Source of the DNA: Raja brachyura
Lineage: Eukaryota
Reading direction: 5' to 3'
Length of the DNA: 64,000 nucleotides
Assembly (NCBI GenBank): GCA_963514005.1
Contig: OY740787.1
Span: 84,940,001 to 85,004,000 of the forward strand
Part shown: positions 36,111 to 48,653 of the stretch, one piece after another
Layout of the letters: the number at the start of each line of letters is the position of its first letter
Position numbering within the stretch: position 1 is the stretch's first letter
The notes under the pieces: generated by a model
Told to the model about the DNA's origin: nothing
What the model saw: the letters and a program-made list of their open reading frames with translations, nothing else
Database searches by the model: none
Position numbers and translations under genes: made by a program

Positions 36111-36203
36111 TTATTGGGATGTACAAGTCCATGAGGGGCGTGGATAAAGTAGACTCTGTGTTTGCTTTATCCATGACCCTCATGGTCTTGTACACCTCAA
36201 TAA
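36111..36203. repeat. 93-nt inverted repeat (CR1-derived hairpin)
   Basis: ttattgggatgtacaagtccatgaggggcgtggataaagta / tgctttatccatgaccctcatggtcttgtacacctcaataa. Confidence 0.85.
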
Positions 36204-36336
36204 AGTAATTACGGTAGAAGATTCTAAAACTAACTAGAGTGGATGTGGAGAGGATGTTTCCAGTAATGGGAGAGCCCAGGGCCAGAGGGAACAGCCTTAG
36301 GATAAAAGGACGTACCTTTAGAATGGAGATGAGGAC

Positions 36337-38075
36337 CCGTTACGCCATCGGTAGTGGTCTGCAGGCACGCTGCGCCTAGCCCGTACTGGGATGCATCACA
36401 GGTGAGCGTTACTGGTAACTCCAATGCAAAGTAGGCGAGAGTAGGTGCGCCAGCCAGCTGCAATTTGAGAGTGTCAAAAACTCTTTGGTGCTGCGGATAC
36501 CAGGATGTCAGTGTATGTCAGTTCTTGCAAGGGGGCAGATATGTCGCTGAGGTTAGGAATAAATTTTCCCAGGTAGTTGACCATTCCGAGGAACCTTTGT
36601 AAGCTCACAACGTCAATAGGAACCGGCATTTCGTTGATAGCTGCAGCTTTCAACGGGTCTGGTCTGAGACCATCACTTGTGAAAACATGTCCGACGTAAA
36701 TAACCTTTGGAAATCGGAACCTGCACTTCAGGGGTTTGAGTTTGAGCTGAATGTCTTTGGCATGGTCAAGTACTTTCTTTAGATTGGCGTCGTGTTCAGC
36801 CAGATCGCGTCCATAGACGAGAATATCATCAACCATGATGGCGCGTTGGTACTCTGCAGACAATTGTTCCATAGAGCGCTGGAAAACTTCACTGGTGGAG
36901 TTGATGCCAAAGGGCATTCTCAGAAATTTGTACCCGCCAAAGGGGGTGCCGAACATAGTGAGATTGGATGAGTCTGGGTCCAGTGGAATCTGCCAAAACG
37001 AGCTTTTGTCATCCAGAACTGAGAATACTGCTGCGTTGCCTATCTGGGCAGCAACTCCTTCTGTCATTCGCATTGGGTAATTCAGGCATTTGATGGCAGT
37101 GTTAAGATCTCTGGGGTTGATGCAGATACGGATCTCCTCCATGTTTTTCTTTGTTGCAACCACCATGGTGGAAACCCAGTCAGACGGGTCAGTAACTTCA
37201 GCAAGAACACCCATGGAGACCATGCGCTTGAGTTCATTGTGTATTCGGTCACGTATGGCATACGGACAACAATGTGGCACTCGGAATGCAGGAGTAACTT
37301 TGGGATCAACAGCAAAGTGGTATTTGATAGGCAACTTGTCAAGCTCATTGTTAAACAGTTCTTTGTATTGAGAGAGTAGCTGTTGAGTGGGCCCAGTCAG
37401 CGAGACGGAGTTTATGGACAGCGTGACCAAAGTAAACCAAGCCTAGATCGTGACATGCATTGATACCGAGCAAAGTCTCTGAATCTCCCTTAACAATATA
37501 AAACTGTAAGGTATAGGTCTGTTTGTCTATGGTGCACTTTAAATTTGCTTGTCCAAGTGGATGTAGAACTTCTCCCCCACAGCCCGAAGCATTGTGGAGG
37601 CCTTATCAATACGTTCAGCATTACAGATGTTTTTAAACTCTCTTAATGAGATGACGTTGCATTTGGCGCCAGTATCTACCTTAGCGATCAAAGGCCTGTT
37701 ATTCACAACAGGGTTAAGTTGCTTGTTAGACAAATGGAGGAAAGAGTGGATGTCAGAATTGGTATCTGTACTCTCTGCGAGCGGTGCGGGGGATGGCAAG
37801 TCAGGCTCTTGGAAGTCATTATCAGTAAGCTCATGTTGAAGCAGGTGCAGGCTCGTCCTTGAAGCTACAGGAGTCACACGGGAACGGCAGCACCGAGCAA
37901 AGTGGTTTAATTTTTATGCATAAATTACAGGCTTTCCCATAGGCAGCACAGAATTGTCGACCCGTAGCATAGAAATAGTTGCAATTTTGACAACGAACAG
38001 CAGACCCGGTGCGGGGATTGCGAGAGGAGAAGTCTGTAAGATTAACACTATGCGGCGAACAGTTACCGAGGGGCA
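36337..38075 (-). mobile_element. Gypsy LTR-retrotransposon gag-pol remnant
   Basis: Gag zinc knuckles (CQNCN...CAAYGKACNLC..INHFA), protease KVDTGAKCN, RT (IRICINPRDLN, LDDKSSFWQI, RMPFGI, MVDDIL, LQRFLGMVNYL) and RNase H start CDASQYGLGA. No LTR or integrase seen. Confidence 0.95.
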
Positions 38076-38399
38076 CAGAGTCAGTGTGTGGAGTTACTCC
38101 AGCATTTTGTGTCAATCAACAGGGGTATTGTGCCACTCCAACTTGTGCAACCCAGTTTAAATCCCACTATTTTTTCAGGAGGCAGTGATCAGCGAACATA
38201 AGCAGTGGGGCACAAACAAGAGGTCTTTCTCCTACCAAAGGGACCAGGTTGGACACTCTTGTCTTGCCCAGGCATACCAACACATTGCCCCATCTGCAGC
38301 TAGACATTTTGTGCCACTTCAATGGGAACTTTTGAGGTGGTGCCATCTGTGCAGTCAGCTCTGCCAGGTCATCCAGCCCCATCCATCAGATAGTTGAAG

Positions 38400-38615
38400 T
38401 CGAAGATTGACACAAAATGCTGGAGTAATTCAGCGGGACAGGCAGCATCTCTGGAGTGAAGGAATGGGTCATGTTTCGGGTCAGACTGAAGAAGGGTCTT
38501 GACCTGAAACGTCTCCCATTCCTTCTCTCTAGAGATGCTGCCTGTCCCGCTGAGTTACTCCAGCTTTTTGTATCTATCTTCGGTTTAAACCAGCATCTGC
38601 AGTTCCTTCCTACAC
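38400..38615. mobile_element. Penelope pLTR fold-back element with TSD-like cagatagttgaagtc
   Basis: Inverted arms; cagatagttgaagtc at 38387-38401 and 38616-38630. Confidence 0.85.
38483..38516 (+). ncRNA. minimal hammerhead ribozyme motif
   Basis: aga-CUGAAGA-a-GGGUC-uu-GACCU-GAAA-cg-UC-ucc. Confidence 0.6.
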
Positions 38616-38794
38616 AGATAGTTGAAGTCACTGCCCAGAATGGTTGAGTGGGATGTGCTCCACAGTGGAGGGAGTTGCTGGAATTGTTCATGCAGTATCT
38701 GGCCATACACACTGATGCACTGGGTAGAACATTTTTGAGGAGACATTTGGTTCTATGGTTCTATTTTGGGTTTGCTTCGGTAGCGAGTCAAAGA

Positions 38795-38920
38795 AACATA
38801 GAAAGTAGGTGCAGGAGGCCATTCGGCCCTTCGAGCTAGCACCGCCATCCATTGTGATCATGGCTGATCGTCCCCAATCAATAATCCGTGTCTGCCTTCT
38901 CCCATATCCCTTGATTCCTT
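38795..38920 (-). mobile_element. CR1 3' UTR fragment
   Basis: ggccattcggcccttcgagc...tgatcatggctgatc. Confidence 0.8.
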
Positions 38921-40264
38921 GTTTCATGGCCAAATGTTGGCCATGGAGTAGCTACCATTGATTTAATTATCCAAGCAAGAATCAATCTTCAAACCATTTA
39001 CAAATGTAACTTACATGCAGGAATCAATGTTGAGATTACAAGAATGGTACAATAATAGCGTTGCCTGTGAAGGGAGCAAGCTATCTTCTCACAACAGGAT
39101 GGCACTTTAGACCTATGCTAGGGAAACAGAAAGGAGTTGTATCTCAAGCACCTGCATGGGAAGATGAAGTGGGGGGGGGGGGGGGGGGGGGTGGTATAGT
39201 TAGTGAAGAGGAAGGAGTGAGCTCGGTGTCACCAGAGGAGCAGGATCTGTTACAGAGGACGCAGGGGAACCACTGATTGTGGAAGGTTGAGAGCAGAAAT
39301 TCAGGAAATCGAAGAAAGGGCGAGGCACATCATAGACCTTCATTCCGAATAACAGTGGAATGAGTGGATCTCTGGTATGCACGCCATAACAATGTGAAGA
39401 GGAGAAGAAATAACACCTTTTATCTTTTGAGTCTGAAGAAGGGTCCTGACCCAAAATGTCACTTATCCATGTTCTCCAGAGATGCTGCTTGAGTTCCCCC
39501 AGCAGTCTGTTTGTTGTTCCACATTCCAGCATCTGCAGTCTCTTATGGCTCCATGACAATAACTTAGTGATATTCCTGGGTAATTTCTTCTCTCCTACGG
39601 AGCAATACACTGTGGAATGCTGCGTTTTCAGACCTCGGACAAAATCCCTGCTACCTGCTCCAAGGTAAATCTGTGCTTCCTGGTAGCCTCCAAAATCAGC
39701 TCAGACCAATTTTTAGACACCATTCTTGCCTGTCGCTCTATCATTAGGTGAGCGGACCAGTGTGGTTCAAAACATCTCTCGAAAAAAATATCCGACAAGA
39801 AGCCTGAAGCGTCAAGCAACATCTGCTTTGCTCAGCTGGACACAGCATGCCAGGGTAGAGGCCACATACTCAATTCATTTTAAGCCCTTAGGTGTTACAT
39901 GGCTGTGTGTGAAGACATTCCTTTGATTCAATCTTTGCACGTGGAGAAATTCTCAATCTGGAGAGGAAATATAACAGACGGCGAGAGTCAGATCATGTTT
40001 TCCTATCCGCTGAGAGATTCTGAGTTCAATTTCCCCTCTTTCCACCCGAAGCATCGGAACAGAAATGACCACGTAACCTACATTCACTTAAATATGGTCA
40101 TTACTTCTCTGTGTATAATTCACCCTGGTGCAGTAATACCTGAAGTGTAACCTCCGCCAACACATACTTATAAAAGTAATTGAACATAACTCAAATTGGT
40201 TTGATTTCTACTTCATTTATTTTCATGTAAATGTAAAAGTGCATTGTTGAGATAAATCACCAAT

Positions 40265-40500
40265 TGTGTGTCTATGCATGTGTGCTTGTGTGTGTCGACA
40301 TATCCATATGCATATCTGTGCGTGTATGTCTGCGTGTGTTTATATGTGTCTGTGAGCGCGTGTGTGTCTGCATGTGATTGTGCATGTGTGTGTCAGGACT
40401 TGAATGCTTGCACACACTTACATCTGCATGTGCTATGTGTGTGTGCGCATGTGTGTCTGTGTCTGTGCCTGTGCAAGTGTATTTGCATGTGCAAGTATAT
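40265..40500. repeat. degenerate (TG)-rich simple repeat
   Basis: Imperfect tgtg/tgca/tgtc run. Confidence 0.9.
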
Positions 40501-40519
40501 GGATTTGTAGGGAATTCTC

Positions 40520-41010
40520 CACGCTCCAGTCAAGAATGATCCCAGGAATTAATAGGTTAACCCATGACAAGTGTTGTCAGCACTGGGCCTGTACTCGCTG
40601 GAGTTTAGAAGAATGAAGTGGACCCCATTGGAACCTACAGAATAGTGAAAGGCTTGGATAGAGTGGATGTGGAGAGGAAGTTTCCACTAGTGGGAGAGTT
40701 GAAGACTAGCCTTAGAATTAAAGGACATTCTTTTAGGAAGGAGAGGAGACATTTCTTTAGTCAGAGGGTGGTGAATCTGTGGAATTCTTTGCCACAGAAG
40801 GCTGTAGAGACCAAGTCAGTGGATATTTTTAAGGCAGAGATAGATAGATTTTTGATTAGAATGGGTATCAGAGGTTATGTGGAGAAGGCGGGAGAATGGG
40901 GTTAGGAAGGGGAGATTGATCAGCCATGATTGAGTAGACTTATGTGTGTACGCGTAGACATGATGAGCCAAATGGCCTAATTCTATTCCTATCACCTTTG
41001 ACCTTATGAT
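40520..41010 (+). mobile_element. CR1 LINE 3' end
   Basis: TYRIVKGLDRVDVERKFPLVGE...FFSQRVVNLWNSLPQKAVE. Confidence 0.92.
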
Positions 41011-41457
41011 CTATAACATGGATAACTCAATTATGTTTTTCATCTTTTATTTTGATTTAAAGGGATAATTTACCTGGTATATTCATATTAAAGTGTCTTC
41101 CAATTAAATATAATGATGGATCCAATAGAAACAAAGGTAATGCGCAACATTTTATATTGTGTAGACTGCTGAATACGAGCCATTTTAGGATATCCCATTT
41201 TCATCACATGATGGCAAGATGGTGAGACAAAAGTGAATGAAAATGGGTTTACTTTCCAGCTGGATAATGTTCACAAGTTCACAAGTTACAGGAGTAGACT
41301 TAGGCCATTCAGCCCGTCGAGTTTACTCCGCCATTCAATCATGGCTGATTTCTTCCTCCTAATCCCATTTCCCTGCCTTCTCCCCAATACCCTTGACACC
41401 TGTTCCAAGCTATAAGGTTGCTCTGATAATGATCAGCGATGCTGCCAACTGGCGGGT

Positions 41458-41830
41458 CACACAGCTTGGGCAGCTTACAACCCAGCGGTATGAACATTGA
41501 TTGCTCTAGCTTCAAGTAACCCTTGCTTTCCCTCTCTCTCTCGTCCCTCCCCCACCCTAGTTCTCCAACTAGTTTCACTGTCCTCCTGATTAATTTTATT
41601 GTTTGTATGCCTCGTTGTCAGCCAACATTCTACATTTCCTTGATCATCGTCTGCTTTGATCTGTCGTTTTCACACCTTACATTCTCTGTGTTCCCTTCCA
41701 CATCTCTCGTTTTACTCTACCCTAACTTTCAGTCTGAAGAAGGGTCTCAAACTGAAACGTCACCCATCCCTTCTCTCCAGAGATGCTGCCTGTCCCGCTG
41801 AGTTCCTCCAGCACTTTGTGTCTATCTTTG
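41458..41830 (+). mobile_element. Penelope-like 3' fragment
   Basis: LGSLQPSGMNID followed by pLTR with CTGAAGA...GAAACGTC. Confidence 0.82.
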
Positions 41831-42124
41831 GTTTTGGTTTTCACGAGTCAGGTGGGACAACTTCCCTGGTGATTTGGAGCCATTATAATTACTTCTCACC
41901 ACGCCCACAAAACAATATCAATCCACAAATAAATTTGCCTGAGCTCATTCTAAAATAATACTCTCATTTTATTAGAGTATTCGGATTCTTGTTGATTTGT
42001 TTTAAATACTAAATTTTGGTTTTGATACAGATCCTGTAGCAGTCTCCAAAGGATTAACATTGGGTTAGTGAGGATGGGAATTTGTTTCAGATTTCACAAG
42101 ATAATTTCTGCCATACAGCTTCCT

Positions 42125-42426
42125 GTTTAGTTTAGCTTAATTTAGAGATACAGTGTGGAAACAGGCTCTTCGGCCCACCGAGACTGCACCAACCAGCGAT
42201 CCCTGCACATTAACACTATCCTACACACACTGGGGACAATTTATAACTATACCAAGCCAATTAGCCTACAAACCTGTGTCTTTTGAGTGTGGGAGGAAAC
42301 CGGAAATCCCATGCAGGTCACAGGGAGAAAGTACAAACTCTGTATAGACAGCACCCTGAGTCACGGTCAAACAGGGTCTTTGGCGCTGAAAGGCAGTAAC
42401 TCCACAGTTGTGTCACCGTACCGCCC
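42125..42426 (-). mobile_element. HE1-type V-SINE
   Basis: Reverse copy with tail. Confidence 0.85.
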
Positions 42427-43469
42427 TGTTATAAAGCATTAATGTAATATTTCATGCACACTTGATAGGAATATAATAATACCTCTAATCAGACAATTGA
42501 TTTCCTTTGCTCTCCATCCTGCTCATGCAGGGAGCCAAAGACCAACACATCTGCGCCAACTTTAACTTACTGAGATTAATACATCCTGAAGTCTACCCTC
42601 TTCAGAGACTGTGCAACAATTCTCTCTTCAAAGTCTAGAAAAAAAACCTCATCCCTTATTTCAATTCCCCATTAAATAACTGATATTACCTCCATGTTTG
42701 GAGATTCTTGTGGAACTGTCGTGTGTAGCAGTGAAGTCCAATTCACAATTATCCATTTTCAGATATGTTATTGTTTCCTTTGGAAATCTAAACCAACACA
42801 ATTAAATGTTCATCTCAAGAAGAAAAAAATAAATATTTGTAAATCTTTGCAAAAATAGGAAAAGCTGGAATTGCTAAAGCAGATTTGTAAAGATCTGAAG
42901 AAAGACGAATTAATGTGCCAGGTGCAGGCTTTTCAATCATTTTTGATGAAAGGTCCGAGTCTGAAATATTAACTTATTTTGTTACTGTACAGATGCTGAC
43001 ATGTGTGTTGTGTATTTCCAGCACTTTCTGCTATTTCATTCTGGGTGCAATTCAATCATTTCTGTATTTCTTTTTGACGTGAACAAATGTTATTAACACA
43101 CAATGTGTGCCTACCAGAGCTAATTTCTTCAACATGAGGCGAGGAAGAGACATAAGGAATAGTTTTGGTTTCTGTTTTATCATGTATTGGAAATGTACTT
43201 CCATCTTTTGAAATCGCTCATAATACAAACAAAATGTCTCACTACATGAAGGCAAACCAATCTAAGCCTAGTGGGATTAGTAATAGGTCACACTAGCAAA
43301 AAACCTACACAGCCTCCATCAATTGAATAATCCCTGGTTCTGCAAAAAACTATGGCTCTTTAGTCTTAATTCAATACAATGTGCTACCTCAATTAAGTAA
43401 CTAATGTGGGATGGTCAGCATTAATGTGACGATATGTATATAATGGTAGGTATATCAAATTATTTATTT

Positions 43470-43945
43470 AGATGTCAGTTGATCTATATCGGTGAGACCA
43501 AGCGTAGGCTTGGCGATCATTTCACCGAACACCTCAGCTCGGTCTGCATTAACCAACCTGATCGCCCCGTGGCTCAGCACTTCAACTCCCCCTCCCATTC
43601 CGAATCTGACCTTTCTGTCCTGGGCCTCCTCCATGGCCAGAGTGAGCACCAGTGGAAATTGGAGAAGCAGCACCTCATATTCCGCTTGAGCAATCCCACT
43701 AGATCCGCTTGAGCAATCTGCACCCTAGCGGCATAAACATTGACTTCTACAATTTCCGGTAGCCCTTGCTGTCTCCTCCCCTTCTCAGCTCTCCCTCAGC
43801 CCTCTGGCTCCTCCTCTTCCTTTCTTCTTCTCGCCTCCCCCAACCCCCACTCTACATCAGTCTGAAGAAGGGTTTCAGCCCAAAACGTTGCCTATTTCCT
43901 TCGCTCCATAGATGCTGAGTTTCTCCAGTACTTTTGTCCATCTTC
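43470..43945 (+). mobile_element. Neptune-type Penelope 3' fragment (same subfamily as 767-1935)
   Basis: CQLIYIGETKRRLGDHFTEH...LEKQHLIFRL; near-identical to 1440-1910. Confidence 0.9.
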
Positions 43946-44216
43946 AAATTATTTATCTCTTTCATCTGATCAATTAAGATGACTGCATCGAGTTAAAAAA
44001 TATAACAACAAACAGACCAATATTGTCTCCTGTAAACAGACAGAATCAGATCCACTCAGACTAGTGACTGTAATAAATAGGTATGGTCATTGGTATCTGA
44101 ATCTCCAATTGCAAATGAACCTGTCACTGGATTGAAATAAAACAAGAAAACTTGTTTCAGCATTAATGGTTGATAGAGGTACTAATGTGATAATGGTATG
44201 AATGAATAGAAGGATA

Positions 44217-44495
44217 TGGCAACACGGTGGCACTGCGGTAGAGTTGCTGCTTTATAGCACCAGAGACCGGGGTACGATCCTGACTACGAGTGCTGTCTGT
44301 GTGGAATTTGTACGTTCTCCCCATGACCTGCGTGGGTTTTCTCTGGGTGCTTCAGTTTCTTCCCACACTCCAAAGACATGCAGGCTTGTAGGTTAATTGC
44401 CTTTGGTAAAATTGTAAATTGTCCCTTGTGTGTTTTTGGTCAGCATGGACTCAGTGGGGCGAAGGGCCTGTTTCCGACCGGTATCTATAAAACTA
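44217..44495 (+). mobile_element. HE1-type V-SINE
   Basis: Head, V-domain and tail. Confidence 0.85.
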
Positions 44496-45664
44496 AAAAA
44501 AAACAAAATAAAAATCATGTTCCCATCCCAGCCTTAAATACATATCCGAATGGATAATTACCTAACACCTCCAGGAACAGAACCTCCCTAACACATAGGA
44601 TCTATTGAATGTGCACCCCGAACCAGTATCTAAAACTATAGTGAACACTTTAGAAATGATAAAACGTTGATCTAATTTCTAGTTTTAAACTGAACTATTC
44701 CACTGCCGTTGTACACCGTGAATATCAACCACACAATCTGATTATCATTTTGTTGGGATTTTTATGGGGCTTAATTAGAGAATGTTATTTTTGTAAGTGG
44801 GTAGGATCTGAGAAGGACACAAAACATTGCTGGATGTATATTTTTCAACCAAAATAAAAAGCAAGCACCAGTGGAAAAATAATAGGATGCAGCACATATT
44901 AATTTGCATACCTAAATCTGGGATGAAAATTATAACCTTGGATGGAAATAAATACATTTCCTTGACCGTATATTCGTGGTAGGCTACATTTGTGTCCGTC
45001 AAAACATTATTTAAAAAGTAAGAAGTATGTTACTGACCAAAAAAAAAAAAATTTAATTGTGCATTGTGCTTGCAGATCTTTTCTGGTTAACCAAACATGT
45101 AGTTAGTGGCAAAGAGGAGGATAATGGTCTAACTAACCAACATATAGCATTCTGATGAAAGGTCGTCAACTTGATGCATCAACTCTACTTTTCTCTCGAA
45201 GATAGATAGATACAAAATGCTGGAGTAACAGCGGGACAGGCAGAATCTCTGGAGGGAAGGAATGGATGGCGTTTCAGGTCAAGACCCTTCTTCGGACTGA
45301 GAGTCAGGGGAGAAGGAGACTGTGGGATATCGATGAGACCCTTGTGAGGGCCTCATCTATGATGGAAGAGAGGAACCCCCATTCCCTAAAGAATGAGGAC
45401 ATCTCCACTTCTCTCCACTGATACTACCTGAAAAGCTGCATATTTCCAGCACCTATTTCAAATTTCTGGCATTTTGCAGTTGTTGTCATCAATATAAATT
45501 TTGTTTTGCCAGGAGCAGCATTAATAGGACAAAGGAAAGGAGACCTTCCTCCAGCATCAGTCATCTCCACTCCTATGACAGTATCTTCAGTCAATTAGTA
45601 GGTCAACACAATAATCATACCACTACCTCAATCTGTCATTAAATGACTTCAGCACAACAGCAGC

Positions 45665-45977
45665 ATGGAGTCATAGAGTGATACAGTGTGGAAACAGCCC
45701 TCTTGCCCACACCGGCAAACATATCCCAGCTACACTAGTCCCACCTGCCTGCGTTTGGTCCATATCCATCCAAACCCGTCCTATCCAAGTACCTGTCTAA
45801 CTGTTAAATGTTGGGACAGACCCAGCCTCAACTACCACCTCTGGCAGCTTGTTCCAGCTTTGTGTGAAAAAGTTACCCCTCAGATGCCTATTAAATCTTT
45901 CCTGCTTGACCTGAAACCTATGTCCTCTGGCCCTCGATTCACTTACTCTGGGCAAGAGACTCTGTGCATCTACCCGA
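45665..45977 (-). mobile_element. CR1 LINE 3' end
   Basis: Reverse complement of the 30950-31280 subfamily. Confidence 0.88.
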
Positions 45978-46429
45978 TCCTCTCAGCGGCAATAGATCTT
46001 TGGACTTGAGTTGATATTCTGACTCCAACTGCACTAAAGATAATAAGTGTAAAACCATCAGCAAGAGATCATTTTTATACCTGTTGGATTCTTCACAGGA
46101 TATGCTCACTTCAGTTTAATCAGTGGGGAACTTGTTGCTGGGTTTTACCAGTGCTAACAGCGAGACCACATATACTAGACTAAGTGGCACCCCAACGCAA
46201 TATTCCACCTCTCTACCAATTCCAATATTGGTGGCCAGTGGGGCGGGGCTTTCAGGAGCGCTAATATGGGTGTTGTAGGCTTAAGGGACTGGTTTCCAGA
46301 GGACTAGCATAGACATTGTGGGGCAAATGGATTCTTGGGGTGGCAACTCAGTCACTCAAGCCTGATGTGCTGGCAGCTCACTCACGGCTGGTGGGTTGGC
46401 AGTTGATTCACGGCTATTCCTTGAAATTC

Positions 46430-47060
46430 CATCTCAAGCAGGGTGCAAGGCCACCAAATTCAAGTGCTATTTCAAACCACTTTCAGCAGGGTGCAAGGCC
46501 AACAAATTCAAGTGCAGTTTCATACCACTTCAAGCAGGGTCCAAGGCCACCAAATTCAAGTTCAGTTTCATACCACGTCAAGCAGGGTGCAAGGCAACCA
46601 AATTCAAGTGCCACTTCAAGCAGTGTCCAAGGCCACCCAAATCTAGTGCAGTTTCATATCACTTCAAGCAGGGTGCAAGGCCACCAAATTCAAGTGCTAT
46701 TTCATGCTACTTCAAGCAGGGTGCAAGGCCACAAAATTCAAATGCTGTTTCATACCACTTCAAGCAGGGTCCAAGGCCACCAAAGTCAAGTTCATTTTCA
46801 TACCACTTCAAGCAGGGTGCAAGGCCACCAAATTCAAATGCTGTTTCATACCACTTCAAGCAGGGTGCAAGGTCATCAAATTCAAGTGCAGTTTCATACC
46901 ATTTCAAGCTGGGTGCAAGGCCACCAAATTAAAATGCAGTTTCATACCATTTCATGCAGGGTGCAAGGCCACCAAATTCAAATGCAGTTTCATACCATTT
47001 CATGCAGGGTGCAAGGCCACCACATCTTAATGCAGTTTCATACCATTTCAAGCAGGGTGT
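46430..47060. repeat. 48-bp minisatellite inside Helitron H1
   Basis: Unit cttcaagcagggtgcaaggccaccaaattcaagtgcagtttcatacca, about 13 copies. Confidence 0.95.
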
Positions 47061-47449
47061 AACCACCATAAAACACAAAACACCACTAAACACCACACTC
47101 ACAGTTCAGTAGACATTCAGTGTGTTCAGTTGATTCACAGCTCAGACAGTCGTGACCTCTCCCTCCCCCATCTTGCAGAGACTGAGCCACACCCACACTT
47201 CCAGGTTTTATAATCCCTCCCCTCCCACTGGAAGGGGCGTGGCCTTCATGGCATGATTGACAGGAGATAGATTCTCAACATTTTTTAAACACTAATAACA
47301 CTTTTATTTTTCATTGATGGGAAGAATCCTCTGCACCTGATGATCGGAGGGGGACTGAGTAAGATGGCCAAAAATCACAGCCGTAAGTGGTAGCGTTTTT
47401 TCTAAAATCAATATACTGTGCAAACAGGAAGTTGTCAAGTTTAGACTTC

Positions 47450-47640
47450 CAACCATTTGCTGTGCTTCATTTCTAACCAACCACCACCAATCATTGGCTG
47501 TGCTTTATTTCAAAACCAACCACCACCAACCATTTGCTGTGCATTATTTCAAACCAACCACCACGAACCATTTGCTGTGCTTTATTTCAAACCAACCACC
47601 ACCAACCATTTGCTGTGCTTTATTTCAAACCAACCATATT
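47450..47640. repeat. ~38-bp tandem repeat inside Helitron H1
   Basis: Unit aaccatttgctgtgctttatttcaaaccaaccaccacc, about 5 copies. Confidence 0.9.
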
Positions 47641-48031
47641 TTCATTTTCAAAACAAATAAAGGGCAATCAAGGTCAGTAAAACCACACTCACAGTTTAGT
47701 AGATGTGTGTTCAGTGTTATTCACAGCTCAGACTGAGAGACGTGAACCTCTCGCTTCCTTGCTTGCAGAGACTGACTGAGGCACTCAATACTTCCAGCTT
47801 TTATAGTCCCTCCGGAAGGGGCGTGGCCTTCAGGAGAGAGAATCTCAACATTTTTTAAACACTAATAACTCTTTTATTTTTCATCAATGGAAAAAACCCT
47901 CTTGACCTGCATAGCTCTGAGTAAGATGGCCAAAATCACAGCCATAAGTGGCAGCGTTCTTTCTAAAACCAATATACAGAACAACAGGAAGTGGTCAAGA
48001 TCAGACTTTTAGTTTTATATATATATATATA

Positions 48032-48653
48032 TTAGACCAAGTGGGACCCGTTGGGTCCTATCCCCCCAAAGCGCGGTTGCGGGGTGTGGGCTGCATGCGG
48101 CGACGCACACACACTAACCACCCCCCACACACACAGGGGGGGGAGGGGAGAGAGGAGAGAGGAGGGAGGGGGGGAGGGGGGAAGAGGGGGGTGGGTGGAG
48201 GGGGAGGGTAGAGGGGAGGAGGAGGGTGGGTGGAGGGGCAGAGGGGGGAAGGGGAAGGAGAGAGCGGAGGGGGAGAGAGGAGCGGAGGTGGGGAGGGAGA
48301 AGAGGCGGAGGGAGGCGGGAGAGGAATGGGGAGAGGAGGAGGGGAGCCGGGCGAGCGAGCGGGCTGCAAAAAGCGAGCGGGCTGCGAAAAAAGAGCGGGC
48401 TGCGAGCGAGCGGGCGACGTCACTCGCAGCGCGTGAACACATGTTCAGCCAAATTTCTAAGTTCTTTGACATTTTTGAACATTTTGATTAATAACTGGAG
48501 AAATAATGCATCCATTTTTCAGTTAAGGCAATTTTTGACCACGGGATAAATCTCTACAGGAATATGGAATTTTTTTACCGTTAGACGTCATTTTTCCAAG
48601 CAGTATGATTATACCCACACACATCCAAGATCAGAGTTTTATAAGTGCATAGA
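48032..48653 (-). mobile_element. non-autonomous Helitron H2 (both ends present)
   Basis: Minus strand A|TCtatgcacttataaaactctgatcttgg ... GGACCCaacGGGTCCcacttggtCTAA|T: 5'-TC, 3'-CTRR, subterminal hairpin, A|T insertion, no TSD. Confidence 0.85.

Larger units (their letters stand above)
46175..48031 (-). mobile_element. non-autonomous Helitron H1
   Basis: Minus-strand 3' end ...cttagtCTAG|T (+ A|CTAG at 46175), hairpin partly deleted; 5' end runs into (TA)n next to aagatcagacttttag; collinear with 55831-57445. Confidence 0.75.

Noticed and set aside
38160-38770. Possible old RTE LINE 3' relic
   Set aside because: Similarity too faint to assign by eye.
39540-39900. Possible Harbinger transposase fragment (RQARMV...)
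   Set aside because: Single weak motif with no TIRs or collinear support.
43681-43720. Short direct duplication tccgcttgagcaatc (similar small one at 48810-48850)
   Set aside because: Ordinary local slippage or repair duplication inside dead elements.
46430-47060. CRISPR-like appearance of the regular repeats (also 16626-17030)
   Set aside because: Units are contiguous with no unique spacers, there are no cas genes, and the context is eukaryotic.
46316-47062. 248-aa and 178-aa repetitive ORFs (HFKQGARPPNSSAVSY repeats), also at 56073-56623
   Set aside because: A 48-bp unit without stops stays open in several frames; it lies inside a dispersed Helitron and has no start or splice support.
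48032-48549. Several overlapping Gly/Glu/Pro-rich ORFs
   Set aside because: Low-complexity G/A tract artefact.
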